IMG/VR virus record: IMGVR_UViG_3300043958_000214
DNA length: 64,000 bases
From: a virus
Direction: 5' to 3' (one strand)
Positions 1-8,825 of the stretch are shown piece after piece; the first letter of the stretch is position 1; each line of letters starts with the position of its first letter. Under the pieces are notes generated by a model, which had not been told where the DNA came from, made no database searches, and saw nothing but the letters and a program-made list of their open reading frames with translations. Both the position numbers and the translations under genes were made by a program.

Positions 1-20
1 ACGTCGATGGTGAGGGACAT
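1..20 (-). CDS. cas7: Cas7 (Cse4) N-terminus, runs off window
   Basis: ATG at 20 after RBS CCAGGAG reads MSLTIDV, like the usual Cas7 start; follows cse2 in canonical I-E order. Confidence 0.65.
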
Positions 21-22
21 GG

Positions 23-658
23 TCACTCCTGGCTGGTTGTCGGTTCGGATGTGGGAGGGGTGATGGCGCCGACGTATTGGCGGCCCCAACGGCGCCGGAC
101 GCCGTCCGCCTTGAAGGCGCTGCGAAGATCGGCCAGGTCTGCGGCAAGATCCGGATAGTCGAACCCGATGGCGCGAGAGTGCATGAGCCCGACGAGAGAC
201 CTGAGATGGCGTTCCCTGACGACGTCGTTGCGGGCTGCGAGCAGTGAGGCGAAGTGAGCGCGGACCGTGTCCCCGCCCACCTCCGCGTCCAGGGCCCGTA
301 GGGCACGGGCGAACGGGATCCCATCTTGGTTGGCTTTCGACCCCGGACCCTGCGAGTGAAGGGCCCACAGGGTCAAAGCGATATGAGTGGCTGTCTCCTG
401 GGCGTCGTTCGCCCAATCCTCGCGGGTGCCGGCATCCGGGCGGATAATGTCCGCCCACAGGAACGGAGTCTGGGCCACGGTCTTTCCGACACCTCGGCGA
501 AGCTGCGCCAACGTCCTCTTCGAACGTGACGAGTCGGGAGCGGCATCGACGCGGGCGATGACAGACTTGGTCTGGCAGTACGCCAGGTAGGCGACGTCTG
601 AATAGCGTCGCCGCTGTGGAGCGCCCGGAGGTCTATACCCGGCGCCTGGCTGGGCCAT
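23..658 (-). CDS. cse2: Type I-E Cse2/CasB small subunit
   Basis: LAQLRRGVGK, HIALTLWALHSQ, HLRSLVGLM, DYPDLAADL, RRRWGRQY motifs; RBS AAGGAG before ATG 658. Confidence 0.9.
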   Translation of the reverse strand: MAQPGAGYRPPGAPQRRRYSDVAYLAYCQTKSVIARVDAAPDSSRSKRTLAQLRRGVGKTVAQTPFLWADIIRPDAGTREDWANDAQETATHIALTLWALHSQGPGSKANQDGIPFARALRALDAEVGGDTVRAHFASLLAARNDVVRERHLRSLVGLMHSRAIGFDYPDLAADLADLRSAFKADGVRRRWGRQYVGAITPPTSEPTTSQE

Positions 659-704
659 GAGTTCTCCTTGGATGATGTCGGGGCGGTGTCGCCCCCTTCT
701 GCAA

Positions 705-714
705 TGTGTGTGCC
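705..714 (-). promoter_or_regulatory. Class-B motif (upstream of cse2)
   Basis: GGCACACACA. Confidence 0.55.
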
Positions 715-762
715 GCGGCGCAGCCTCACAGCAAACAGGCCCAGCAAAGGGGCGGCACTCAT

Positions 763-2391
763 CTACTCGACGGCTTGAGGGCGCCCGCGACGAACGCGCT
801 TGGCTACCGGGGCACGGTGGCACTCGGTGGATAAGGCGAGATTCTTGCGCATCGCGGTGGTCCACGTCGCGATCACCGTTCCCGCGTCCTCCGTCTTCTT
901 CTTCGGGTCCGCCTTCAGGGTGAAAGCACGCATGCTGCTCTTGCTCAATCGCTCGTTGACCAGCGCCGAAAGCACCGTGCGCACCCGCGACCTGAAGGCG
1001 TCCCTGGCCTCGATTGGCCCCATTCCCGGGAGGGAGAGGAGCCAGGAGTTGAACGCGTCGCCAACCGCCGCGAGAGCGCGATCGTGATAGTCGGTCTTGC
1101 GTGAGGTCACCCCCATCCGCTTCGCTGGCCGGAAGCCGTCGCAGATGTCGAGGGCCTGCAGCAGTGAGTCCGTGGCTTCGAGGAGCTTCTTCCCAGCCTT
1201 GTAGGCGTTACGGATCTCGCCGAGGAGTAGTTCATCGTCAAGGACCGCCGACGGGATCGTGATCTTGTCTTTGACCGCTGTATCGAAGATTCCCATGCTT
1301 TCGCCGTACTGCTCACCGATGCGCACGAACGTGACGTCGTCGCAGACGCGGTCCGCCCACTCGATGATCGGAATGCTGACCTTGGAGATGCGAGGGAGGA
1401 CGGAGGGGAAGCCCTGCCATAGTGCGCTGGACACGGTGATGGCCTGCGCGCCCTTGTCGTCGATCGGCGCCATCGGATCGCAGGCGATGTCCCTTCGCGT
1501 CTCCTCAGGATGGGTGGCCATCGCCTTCTTGGGGGACGGAACGCAAGCGTTGTATGTGATGGAGGCCCCGATCACCCGCTCTTTCGCCTCGTCCCAATCC
1601 AGACGGATCGAGCGGCTCATGTGGGTGTAGGCGTCGATGATGCCCGTGAAGTGGGAAGACTTGAAGCCTCGCACGTCGAGGATGCTCACGGGGTCTTTCT
1701 CCCAGGAGGGGATGTCTTCGGGACCGGAGGGGATCCGGTAGATCTCGTCGGTGATCGGGATGAGGTTGGCGAGAAGCGTGTCAGCCAGCGTGTCCCGAGC
1801 GATGTAGAGGACGCTGGCGAAACCGCACCAACCCGCGCACCCGTAGATCTTGCTGCCCTTCACCTCAGGATTCCCCTCCTTGGGGCCGCCTTTGGATCCC
1901 CCGGTGTCCCAGTGCTGGGTGACAAGCATCCACCGCGCCGCGTCCGCGGGGTCCATGGAGTCATCCGAGGCTCGCAGTGAGGGGTGGAAGACGAGTCCCG
2001 AGCGCTGAGTGCGGTACACCGGTTTGAGTTTGGAGAGCGGACTGGGGTTAAGGCCTTCCATGCCCGGTGTCTGCAGGAAGGGCTTGTCCCCGATCAGCCA
2101 GAAGTCATCGGCGCGCTCACGCAGGTAGGCGATGGCAGCACGGGAGGCCTTCTCCCACGTCAGTTCCCTCCACTGCGCTTCGCTGCGGGGACCCGAGAGT
2201 GCGCGGTAGAGGATCGCCTCCAGCATTCTCAGCACGCTGGCGTTTTGGAGGGGAGATTCCATAGCGAGATCTGAGATGCGTGGGGCGTCGCGGAACACGT
2301 CGATCAACGTGGCATCACGAGGCTGGGTACCGCCATCGGCGACGGTGATCCACGGTAGGTCGGTGGCGAGGTTGTACGCCCTGTCTATCAT
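763..2391 (-). CDS. cse1: Type I-E Cse1/CasA (Cas8e)
   Basis: YNLATDLPWI start, FWLIGDKPFLQ, AARWMLVTQHWDTGGSKGG, TLADTLLANL, SRSIRL; lies between cas3 and cse2. Confidence 0.9.
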   Translation of the reverse strand: MIDRAYNLATDLPWITVADGGTQPRDATLIDVFRDAPRISDLAMESPLQNASVLRMLEAILYRALSGPRSEAQWRELTWEKASRAAIAYLRERADDFWLIGDKPFLQTPGMEGLNPSPLSKLKPVYRTQRSGLVFHPSLRASDDSMDPADAARWMLVTQHWDTGGSKGGPKEGNPEVKGSKIYGCAGWCGFASVLYIARDTLADTLLANLIPITDEIYRIPSGPEDIPSWEKDPVSILDVRGFKSSHFTGIIDAYTHMSRSIRLDWDEAKERVIGASITYNACVPSPKKAMATHPEETRRDIACDPMAPIDDKGAQAITVSSALWQGFPSVLPRISKVSIPIIEWADRVCDDVTFVRIGEQYGESMGIFDTAVKDKITIPSAVLDDELLLGEIRNAYKAGKKLLEATDSLLQALDICDGFRPAKRMGVTSRKTDYHDRALAAVGDAFNSWLLSLPGMGPIEARDAFRSRVRTVLSALVNERLSKSSMRAFTLKADPKKKTEDAGTVIATWTTAMRKNLALSTECHRAPVAKRVRRGRPQAVE

Positions 2392-2422
2392 CAGTTCCCT
2401 CTCAGCTGGGTAAGTGGTCGCG

Positions 2423-5275
2423 TTACTGGGCCGGTTCGATCCGCAGGCCGAGGCGGTGGTCATAGCGCATGCGGTAACGTCTGCGGCCCACGGCGAAGAG
2501 GTATTCGGATGTGGCGTCGGGGAGGGCGCGGGCGACGATCACGTGAATCTGATCCGCATAACGCGCTTGCTCCCGGTCCGGCTTCCAGTAGTTTTTCGTC
2601 GCGTCATGGACCGCCTTGGATGCCCATTCCGGCAGCGGGACGGTGATCCGCCGGCAGGCCTGCTGCGTGCGCCTAGACGGGGTTGCGCCGCGCTGGAGCT
2701 CCACCGTGTTGCCCAACCCGATGGAGGCGGGGTCGACCCAGCTGGGGGGCATAGGCGCGTTCGGTGTTCGAGGGTCCTCGGTGAGCCAGACGACCTCGAT
2801 GGAGTCGTCTTCCTCGCGAACCCCGATCTTCGCGTCGAGTTCTTCCCCGGTGACGCCGAGGGCGCCCCGGCGGCGCTCGTCCCACCCTCGAAGCGTCTGG
2901 AACTCCTCCCCGGCGAGCATCGCAGTGCGGGTGTCGGGAGCCGGCTTCATGCCGCGCTTTTGCTCGGCGGACTTTCTGGCGTTGCGTGCCCTCTCGGCAT
3001 CCTTCGCTCGCGCGTCGGTGAGCGCCTCCCTCCAGGTTCTCTCGAGAGAGTTCACGGTCGCCTCGTCCTCGGCATAGGCGGCGGCGACCTGGGTGGGGAT
3101 GTCGTCGGGGAGGCGGATGCCGTCCTTGCTGGTGCCGAGGGCAATGAGCGCGGAGCGTAGGAGCGGGTACATGCCGTAGACAAGGTCTGAGCTCTTCGGG
3201 GGAGCCACGGGCGTCGACTGCCATTGGGCGGCGACGATACGGAGCTCGGGGGCGCGCAGGGCGTCGGGCCGTGGCGTGTCTGCGCGGCGGTGGAGGCGCC
3301 CCGCGCGCTGGAGGACGAGGTCCCAGGGCGCGAGGTCGGTGACCATCAGGTCGAAATCAATGTCGAGGGACTGCTCGACGACCTGGGTGGCCACGACGAT
3401 CCTGCGGTACGGGCGGGCGGTGGCGTCACTGCCGAGCTCAGCCTCGATGAGCGTCTCGATGGCCTTGCGGTCCGGGGCGATGAACCGGGAATGATAGAGG
3501 ACGACATCATCCCCGAAGACCGTGCGGAGCCTCGTGTACGTGTCTTGTGCGCGCCCTACCGTGTTGCGGATGACAGCGGCGCACCCGCCATGATCGAGCT
3601 TGGAGGAGAGCATGCTGGCCAGGGCGTCGTCGTCATCGTCGTCGAGGACGAGGCGCACGGTCTGCGTGCGCTCAGATGCGGGCACGACCCTCTGGTGGAC
3701 CCTGTTGTCGGGAGTGACGTAGGTGATGAGCGAAGGGCTAGATGTCACGGCGGTGATCTCGCGCGTTTTCAGGCGGTACCCGCGGGCCCCGTCGCGGTAG
3801 GCGTTGACAAGCCGGATCCTCGACGCGGGCGGGAGGGTCGCGCTCATGAGGATGACGGGGATCCCGTACTTGCCTGCCCAGGCGAGGATGATGTCCAGGA
3901 ACACGCACATGTGCGTGTCATAGGAGTGCACCTCGTCGATGAGGAGGACGCCGCGAGCCATGCCGAGGTGCCTCATGGCCGTGTTCTTAGCTTGAAGGGC
4001 CGCGTAGAGGGCCTGGTCGATGGTTCCAACGACGAGGTCTGAGAGCATGCCCCGGCTGGTCCTCATCGCGAGCCACGGATGAGAGACAACTGCCGAGTCG
4101 TCGCTGCGCGGGGAGGGGAGCCGGACGAACGTATCGCTGAGATCGGCTCGCGAATGAGCGAGGAACGTGCTGACGGGATGGCTCGGACGCGAGGCCTCGA
4201 CCATGCGGATGAACCGTTCGAGGATGGAGTTCGCGGTGGCCATGGTCGGGAGGAAGACGTGGATCCCCGCCATCCCGGCGTTCCCCGCCATGACTGTCGC
4301 CGCGAGCGCGCCGGCTTCTGTTTTCCCTTCGCCCATGGGGGCTTCGATGATCATGAGCCCGGGGGTCCTGTTGCGGGCGATGGTCACGGCCGCGGTCTGG
4401 ATCGGCCGGGCGGAGGGGCGATGGAACCATTGCTGCATCCACTTTTCGGGCGGGAGTCCGGTGTCGGTGGGGTTCCAGTTGACTGGGAGTTGGGAGTGCC
4501 CCCACCCGCGGATGTGGCGGACGCGCATGTTGGCGGGTGAGGTCTGTTCGAAGGGGATCCCCGGGTAGCCGAAGACCTCGTGATCGTTGGACGCGATCCA
4601 GTCCGCTTCGGTGATGAGGCCGAGCAGGAGGATCTGGGCTTCGCGGGTGATTTGGGACCAGGGGCCGTTCGGGGCGAGCCACTGCGTGGCGTCGCAGGCG
4701 TCAATGAGGTGGTTGAGTAGGTCGTTTCGGGCGGCGTTCCATTGGGGTGAAATCCCATATGCCTCCCAGCCGCGGCGGTGATCCTTGAGTTCGCTGTCGT
4801 GTGGCGCGTGCCCGTGGTGGGCGCCGAGGATGTAGCCGATGCGGCGCGCGTCGAGGATCGACCAACCGAGCTCCTCTAGGTAGGTCTCGACGATGATTTG
4901 GCTGTGGATGTTGTGGTGGTAGTCCTCGAAGGGGTCCCCGGGGATTAAGGGAATGTCGAGGCCGAGGTCGATGATCGGGTCGGAGAGGTCTGTGATCTTG
5001 CTCTGGAATGCGGGCGTCGCTTTGCCGATGTCGTGGGCGCCGGCGAGGAAGGCGACGAGTGAGCGCGCCGCCTCCTGCCCTCCTACCGCGCCGGAGACGA
5101 AGTTATGGACGTGGTCGCTGACCGCGCTGTCCCACAGGTGAAGCGCGACATTCGAGGTGTCGGACATGTGGACGGCGAGAGGCACCCAGGAGATGACCTG
5201 GCGTTCGCGTGTCCGAGCCTTGCCCCATAGCGCGGCCGCTGCGGGACTTAGGGAGTCGATGTCCATGTCGTACAT
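2423..5275 (-). CDS. cas3: Cas3 HD nuclease-helicase
   Basis: HD domain (LAVHMSD, GAHDIGKA), Walker A APMGEGKTEA, DEVH, SAT, QRAGRLHR; start set at ATG 5275 because the ORF-track extension runs through the CRISPR array. Confidence 0.95.
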   Translation of the reverse strand: MYDMDIDSLSPAAAALWGKARTRERQVISWVPLAVHMSDTSNVALHLWDSAVSDHVHNFVSGAVGGQEAARSLVAFLAGAHDIGKATPAFQSKITDLSDPIIDLGLDIPLIPGDPFEDYHHNIHSQIIVETYLEELGWSILDARRIGYILGAHHGHAPHDSELKDHRRGWEAYGISPQWNAARNDLLNHLIDACDATQWLAPNGPWSQITREAQILLLGLITEADWIASNDHEVFGYPGIPFEQTSPANMRVRHIRGWGHSQLPVNWNPTDTGLPPEKWMQQWFHRPSARPIQTAAVTIARNRTPGLMIIEAPMGEGKTEAGALAATVMAGNAGMAGIHVFLPTMATANSILERFIRMVEASRPSHPVSTFLAHSRADLSDTFVRLPSPRSDDSAVVSHPWLAMRTSRGMLSDLVVGTIDQALYAALQAKNTAMRHLGMARGVLLIDEVHSYDTHMCVFLDIILAWAGKYGIPVILMSATLPPASRIRLVNAYRDGARGYRLKTREITAVTSSPSLITYVTPDNRVHQRVVPASERTQTVRLVLDDDDDDALASMLSSKLDHGGCAAVIRNTVGRAQDTYTRLRTVFGDDVVLYHSRFIAPDRKAIETLIEAELGSDATARPYRRIVVATQVVEQSLDIDFDLMVTDLAPWDLVLQRAGRLHRRADTPRPDALRAPELRIVAAQWQSTPVAPPKSSDLVYGMYPLLRSALIALGTSKDGIRLPDDIPTQVAAAYAEDEATVNSLERTWREALTDARAKDAERARNARKSAEQKRGMKPAPDTRTAMLAGEEFQTLRGWDERRRGALGVTGEELDAKIGVREEDDSIEVVWLTEDPRTPNAPMPPSWVDPASIGLGNTVELQRGATPSRRTQQACRRITVPLPEWASKAVHDATKNYWKPDREQARYADQIHVIVARALPDATSEYLFAVGRRRYRMRYDHRLGLRIEPAQ

Positions 5276-5279
5276 GCCC

Positions 5280-5289
5280 TGTGTGTGCC
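5280..5289 (-). promoter_or_regulatory. Class-B motif (cas3)
   Basis: GGCACACACA-GGGC-ATG. Confidence 0.65.
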
Positions 5290-5316
5290 GCGAAAAACCG
5301 ACGCAGCGCACAACGG

Positions 5317-5588
5317 GGGCTATCCCCACGCGGGTGGGGAACATCAGGAGCTTGTTGTCCCCCGTCTGTCTGAGGACGGACCATCCCCACGCTGGTGGGG
5401 AACATCGGGTGGGAGAAGAACTCCTCGGGCGGGGCCTGGGACCATCCCCACGCGGGTGGGAAACTAGACGCTGCCGGAGGCGGTCAAGGCTGGTGGGCGG
5501 ACCATCCCCACGCGGGTGGGGAACATGCCGTTGTAGGCCGTGACGACGGGGGCGTCGTTGGATCATCCCCGCATGCGGCGGGGAACGA
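5317..5588 (-). CRISPR. Type I-E mini-array, 5 repeats / 4 spacers
   Basis: 28-nt repeat ATGTTCCCCACCCGCGTGGGGATGGTCC (minus) at 5317, 5378, 5439, 5499; divergent 29-nt copy at 5560; spacers 33, 33, 32, 33 nt; palindromic CCCC..GGGG stem. Confidence 0.95.
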
Positions 5589-6006
5589 CAGGCGTCGTGT
5601 CTTGGATGCCGGTGCGCCGGGTGAACTCCTCCGACAGTCGGTGGCGTTCGGCTTGGCGGTCAGCCGTCCACCCAATCACTCGAACGTCCTGGTCGCGCTG
5701 GTCGAGGCAGTCGCGGGCCTCGGCGACGATCTGGTCCATGGGGCAGCTGGACGCGCAGACGAGGCGTGTGTCTCGCCCCGTTGGCGTGGCGATGGTGACG
5801 TCGTTGCGGATGCACCACAGGAAATCATCTCGCGTTTCCCAGTGCCAGCCGTCGCCGGGGTCGGGCAGGCCGTTGTCGGCAAGGAGGTAGCGGGCTGCGA
5901 GGTCGGCCGCGTGCCGGCGGTACGCCGCCTTGATGGCAAGGAGTGGGACGACAAACAGGTCCAAGAGAACGAGGACGGCGAGCAAGGCTTGGGTCGGGGT
6001 CAGCAT
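5563..6006 (-). CDS. Small membrane-anchored hypothetical protein
   Basis: RBS AGGAG, hydrophobic N-terminus; last codons and stop lie inside the first CRISPR repeat. Confidence 0.7.
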   Translation of the reverse strand: MLTPTQALLAVLVLLDLFVVPLLAIKAAYRRHAADLAARYLLADNGLPDPGDGWHWETRDDFLWCIRNDVTIATPTGRDTRLVCASSCPMDQIVAEARDCLDQRDQDVRVIGWTADRQAERHRLSEEFTRRTGIQDTTPVVPRRMRG

Positions 6007-6016
6007 GGAGGTTCTC

Positions 6017-7036
6017 CTAGAGACTGTTGATGGGTGTGGCACCCGCGGTCGGGTCGGTGACGAGGCTGTATCCGCGGTCGTCGGCGTGAATGAGCGCCCG
6101 CATGAGGAGGTCCACGTCGCTGGCGTAGAGGCCCGAGTTTGGTAGGGCGTTGAGTTCGACGACGATGGTCTTGCCGGTGTCGGCGTGGGTGGCGAGGTCG
6201 AGGACGAACGTGCCCATCCCGTCGCAGACGCGCTGGGCGAACAGTCGGTAGTCCTGGGCGAGGTCTGGGCGGTCCTCGACAGGGCTGTCAGGGTCGTTGC
6301 GCCTTCGGCGCGTGCGCATGTCGAAGGCGCCCCGGGCGGGGTCGTGGTCGAGGGGCGTGTACTCCTCGATGCAGCCGGCGCCCGTGACGGGGACACCGTC
6401 GACGACGAACAGCCGGTACTCGTGGGTCATGGGGATCCACTCCTGGGCCAAGAGCGCCTTCTCGGCCCCATCAAGGCGGACGACCGCCCAGTCGAGGGCG
6501 TCCCAGATCCGCTGGGACATGACGTCGGGGTCAGGGTCGAGGTCGAGGAACCAGATGCCACCCTTGGACTGGGCGGCCTTCAGGACTCCCCTCTCCACGC
6601 CCTGTTCGGCGAGGTATGCGAGCCAGTGGGCGGCGCTGTCCGGGCGCTGCCTCTCAGTGTCGAAGGTGACGCGCTGGTAGCGGCGCCCGCCGTAGCGCTT
6701 GAGGAGCGGGTGCATGAGGAACCGATCGCTTGCGTCCATGCCCTCTTCGTACATCGGGACGGGCCCGAGCCGATGCCGGAGCGTGTCCGCATCCCACGGG
6801 CCGAGCGAGACCTGCAGGTCTCCCCCGCTGGCCCGCCACGCGGCCGCCATCCGGCAGATGTCCTCCCAGCAGTACTCGATGTCGGCGCGCGGGTCCGGGT
6901 TCTGCCAACCATCCCACGCGGGGTCGGCCGCCCGGGCGTCCGCGAGCGCGCGTTCCGCTCGGGCACGTTTGTCGTGGTCCCAGGTGGTGGGGATGCCGGG
7001 GTAGGCGCGGATGCCGCCGGAGTAGAGGGTGGTCAT
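6017..7036 (-). CDS. ATP-grasp protein, R2K/DUF4343-like
   Basis: EWIPMTHEYRLFVVDG, FVLDL, VVELNALPNSGLY. Confidence 0.7.
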   Translation of the reverse strand: MTTLYSGGIRAYPGIPTTWDHDKRARAERALADARAADPAWDGWQNPDPRADIEYCWEDICRMAAAWRASGGDLQVSLGPWDADTLRHRLGPVPMYEEGMDASDRFLMHPLLKRYGGRRYQRVTFDTERQRPDSAAHWLAYLAEQGVERGVLKAAQSKGGIWFLDLDPDPDVMSQRIWDALDWAVVRLDGAEKALLAQEWIPMTHEYRLFVVDGVPVTGAGCIEEYTPLDHDPARGAFDMRTRRRRNDPDSPVEDRPDLAQDYRLFAQRVCDGMGTFVLDLATHADTGKTIVVELNALPNSGLYASDVDLLMRALIHADDRGYSLVTDPTAGATPINSL

Positions 7037-7437
7037 CGCGCGGCCTCGCGCCAGCCGAGTTCGTAGCCAACCGCGATGGATGCCTTGTAGTCGTCGGACT
7101 CCTCGGTATGTTGGGCGAGTGCGTGCTTCTCGCTGTAGCGGGGCCGGCCGGTCTTGCGGTCGTACCAGCCGGCGGCGTAGCCGACACGGAGGGGACCTCG
7201 TTCGCCCTCGCTGAGTCGATCGGTGTGCGTGGGCCAGCGTTTCAGCGCGGCGTCGCGTCCGTCCTGTGCGGCCTGTCGCACGTCATCGTCGTCGGACGCA
7301 GAGCTTGCCTCCGTCTTCTGCACCTTGACGGTCTTTGCATAGTCGTCGAGCTTGTCGGCGCGGCCCGGGTCGTTCTCCATGCGTGCGACGCGCGCCTGGA
7401 GCTCAAGGTAGTTGATGACCACGTCGATGGTCGCCAT
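7033..7437 (-). CDS. Hypothetical protein
   Basis: ORF with RBS, overlaps next gene by 4 nt. Confidence 0.65.
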   Translation of the reverse strand: MATIDVVINYLELQARVARMENDPGRADKLDDYAKTVKVQKTEASSASDDDDVRQAAQDGRDAALKRWPTHTDRLSEGERGPLRVGYAAGWYDRKTGRPRYSEKHALAQHTEESDDYKASIAVGYELGWREAAR

Positions 7438-7484
7438 CGGTTCGCCTTTCCGTCCTGCGCGGACTCTCCGCGCCCTCACCGCCT

Positions 7485-7495
7485 GTTGTGAGGCA
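7485..7495 (-). promoter_or_regulatory. Class-A motif core
   Basis: GCATG-N11-TGCCTCACAAC. Confidence 0.8.
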
Positions 7496-7516
7496 AGGTG
7501 CGGGCCCATGCAGCGC

Positions 7517-8155
7517 TTAGGCGAGTCCGAATCGGTTCCAGGGTCCTTCGACTGCCGGGCTGGCTGCGCCGATTCCGTGCAGGCGGACAACTTCGGCGAC
7601 CGCGGCGTCGAGGCGGATGGGGGTGAGATCGTTGACGTCGAGGCCGACGTTGAGCTGCTGGTAGCCCTCCCGGGTCCGCCACGCCTCATGGACGTGACCG
7701 CACAGGACAGGCAGGTGCCCATTGAGCGGTCGGCGGTCTGGGTAGCGGTCGGTGTCCTTGTGGTCGCCTTTGACGGGCATGTGCGACAAGACGATGCGGT
7801 GACCGTCGATCTCCAGCTCGACGGAACCGGACGTGTAGACCTGGTCGAATCCGGCCGCGTAGAACTCGGGGAGGGCTTTCATAGCCCCGCGGATGTTCTT
7901 CGCGGTGGTGTGGCGGTGCCAGCACTTGTCGTGGTTGCCGGCGATGAGGATCTTGCGTCCGTTGAGTCGGCTGGCCTGCTTCAGTCCGTCGCTCATGGCG
8001 ACGTCACCCAGGTGGTAGACGATGTCGTTCGGGGCGACGGCGGCGTTCCAGTTCGCGACGATGGCGTCGTCGTGCTGCTGGACGGTGTCGAAGCCGCGCA
8101 GGCCGGCGACGAGGCGGTGACCGAAGTGAGTGTCGGACGTGACCCAGGTTCTCAT
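7517..8155 (-). CDS. Calcineurin-like metallophosphoesterase
   Basis: SDTHFGH, GDV, GNHD, SH, GHVH motifs. Confidence 0.9.
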   Translation of the reverse strand: MRTWVTSDTHFGHRLVAGLRGFDTVQQHDDAIVANWNAAVAPNDIVYHLGDVAMSDGLKQASRLNGRKILIAGNHDKCWHRHTTAKNIRGAMKALPEFYAAGFDQVYTSGSVELEIDGHRIVLSHMPVKGDHKDTDRYPDRRPLNGHLPVLCGHVHEAWRTREGYQQLNVGLDVNDLTPIRLDAAVAEVVRLHGIGAASPAVEGPWNRFGLA

Positions 8156-8161
8156 GCCCCT

Positions 8162-8172
8162 GTTGTGGGGCA
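8162..8172 (-). promoter_or_regulatory. Class-A motif core
   Basis: GCATG-N11-TGCCCCACAAC-N6-ATG. Confidence 0.8.
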
Positions 8173-8261
8173 TGAGGCAGGTTCATGCTCGCTCATGAGG
8201 GGGACGGCGCTCGTCCACGTACCGGCGTGTGTTCGCGAGGCAGCAGGGTGCGTGGCGGCGA

Positions 8262-8528
8262 TCAGTTGTAGACGTGGTCCCGTTTACCCACATCAATGAC
8301 GACGACGACTAGCCTGTCGTCCTGAATGTCGCAGATAATGCGGTATTCCCCGACGCGGTATCGCCACAGTCCCGCGAGGTTCCCGGTCAGCCCCTTGCCG
8401 CGCGACCGGGGGTCTCCCGTGGCTGCTACCGCAGAGAGTGATCGTCGAAGACGTCGAGAAGTCTGGGGATCACGCTTTGCGAGCCATTTCACGACGTCCG
8501 GTTCGTACTCGATTGCCCACTGAGTCAT
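8262..8528 (-). CDS. relE: RelE/ParE-family toxin
   Basis: GKGLTGNLAGLWRYRVGEYRIICDI...VGKR. Confidence 0.9.
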   Translation of the reverse strand: MTQWAIEYEPDVVKWLAKRDPQTSRRLRRSLSAVAATGDPRSRGKGLTGNLAGLWRYRVGEYRIICDIQDDRLVVVVIDVGKRDHVYN

Positions 8529-8800
8529 GAGATGGCGTCGAGGTCAGCCTGAGTGGGATCACCGGCAGGGCCGAGTTCGGCGTCAACCTCTGTGGCGGTG
8601 AGTGCGCGTCTTCTGCCGGATCGCAAGTCGGCGGCGCGTTCGGCGATTCGCAGTTCCCATTCCAGGTCCGCGAGATCGCGTTCGAGAACCTCGCGGACAA
8701 CGTCGCCCTGACTGCGCCTGGTGTTGCGGGCGATCACGGCGATCCGTTCGCGTAGGTCCTCGGGGAGCCTCACAGATATCGGTGCGCTGAGCGGTGCCAT
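8525..8800 (-). CDS. RHH antitoxin (RelB-like)
   Basis: ISVRLPEDLRERI ribbon-helix-helix, directly upstream of and overlapping relE. Confidence 0.85.
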   Translation of the reverse strand: MAPLSAPISVRLPEDLRERIAVIARNTRRSQGDVVREVLERDLADLEWELRIAERAADLRSGRRRALTATEVDAELGPAGDPTQADLDAIS

Positions 8801-8818
8801 AACTACAGTGTATACAAT
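8801..8818 (-). promoter_or_regulatory. Host-type -10 and palindromic operator of relBE
   Basis: TGTATACA palindrome overlapping TACACT-N6-ATG. Confidence 0.55.
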
Positions 8819-8825
8819 GTCGCGT

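Noticed and set aside
5276-5566. 97-aa N-terminal extension of Cas3 in the ORF track
   Set aside because: It is the CRISPR array read in frame (repeating PHPRG); a class-B motif marks the ATG at 5275 as the likely start
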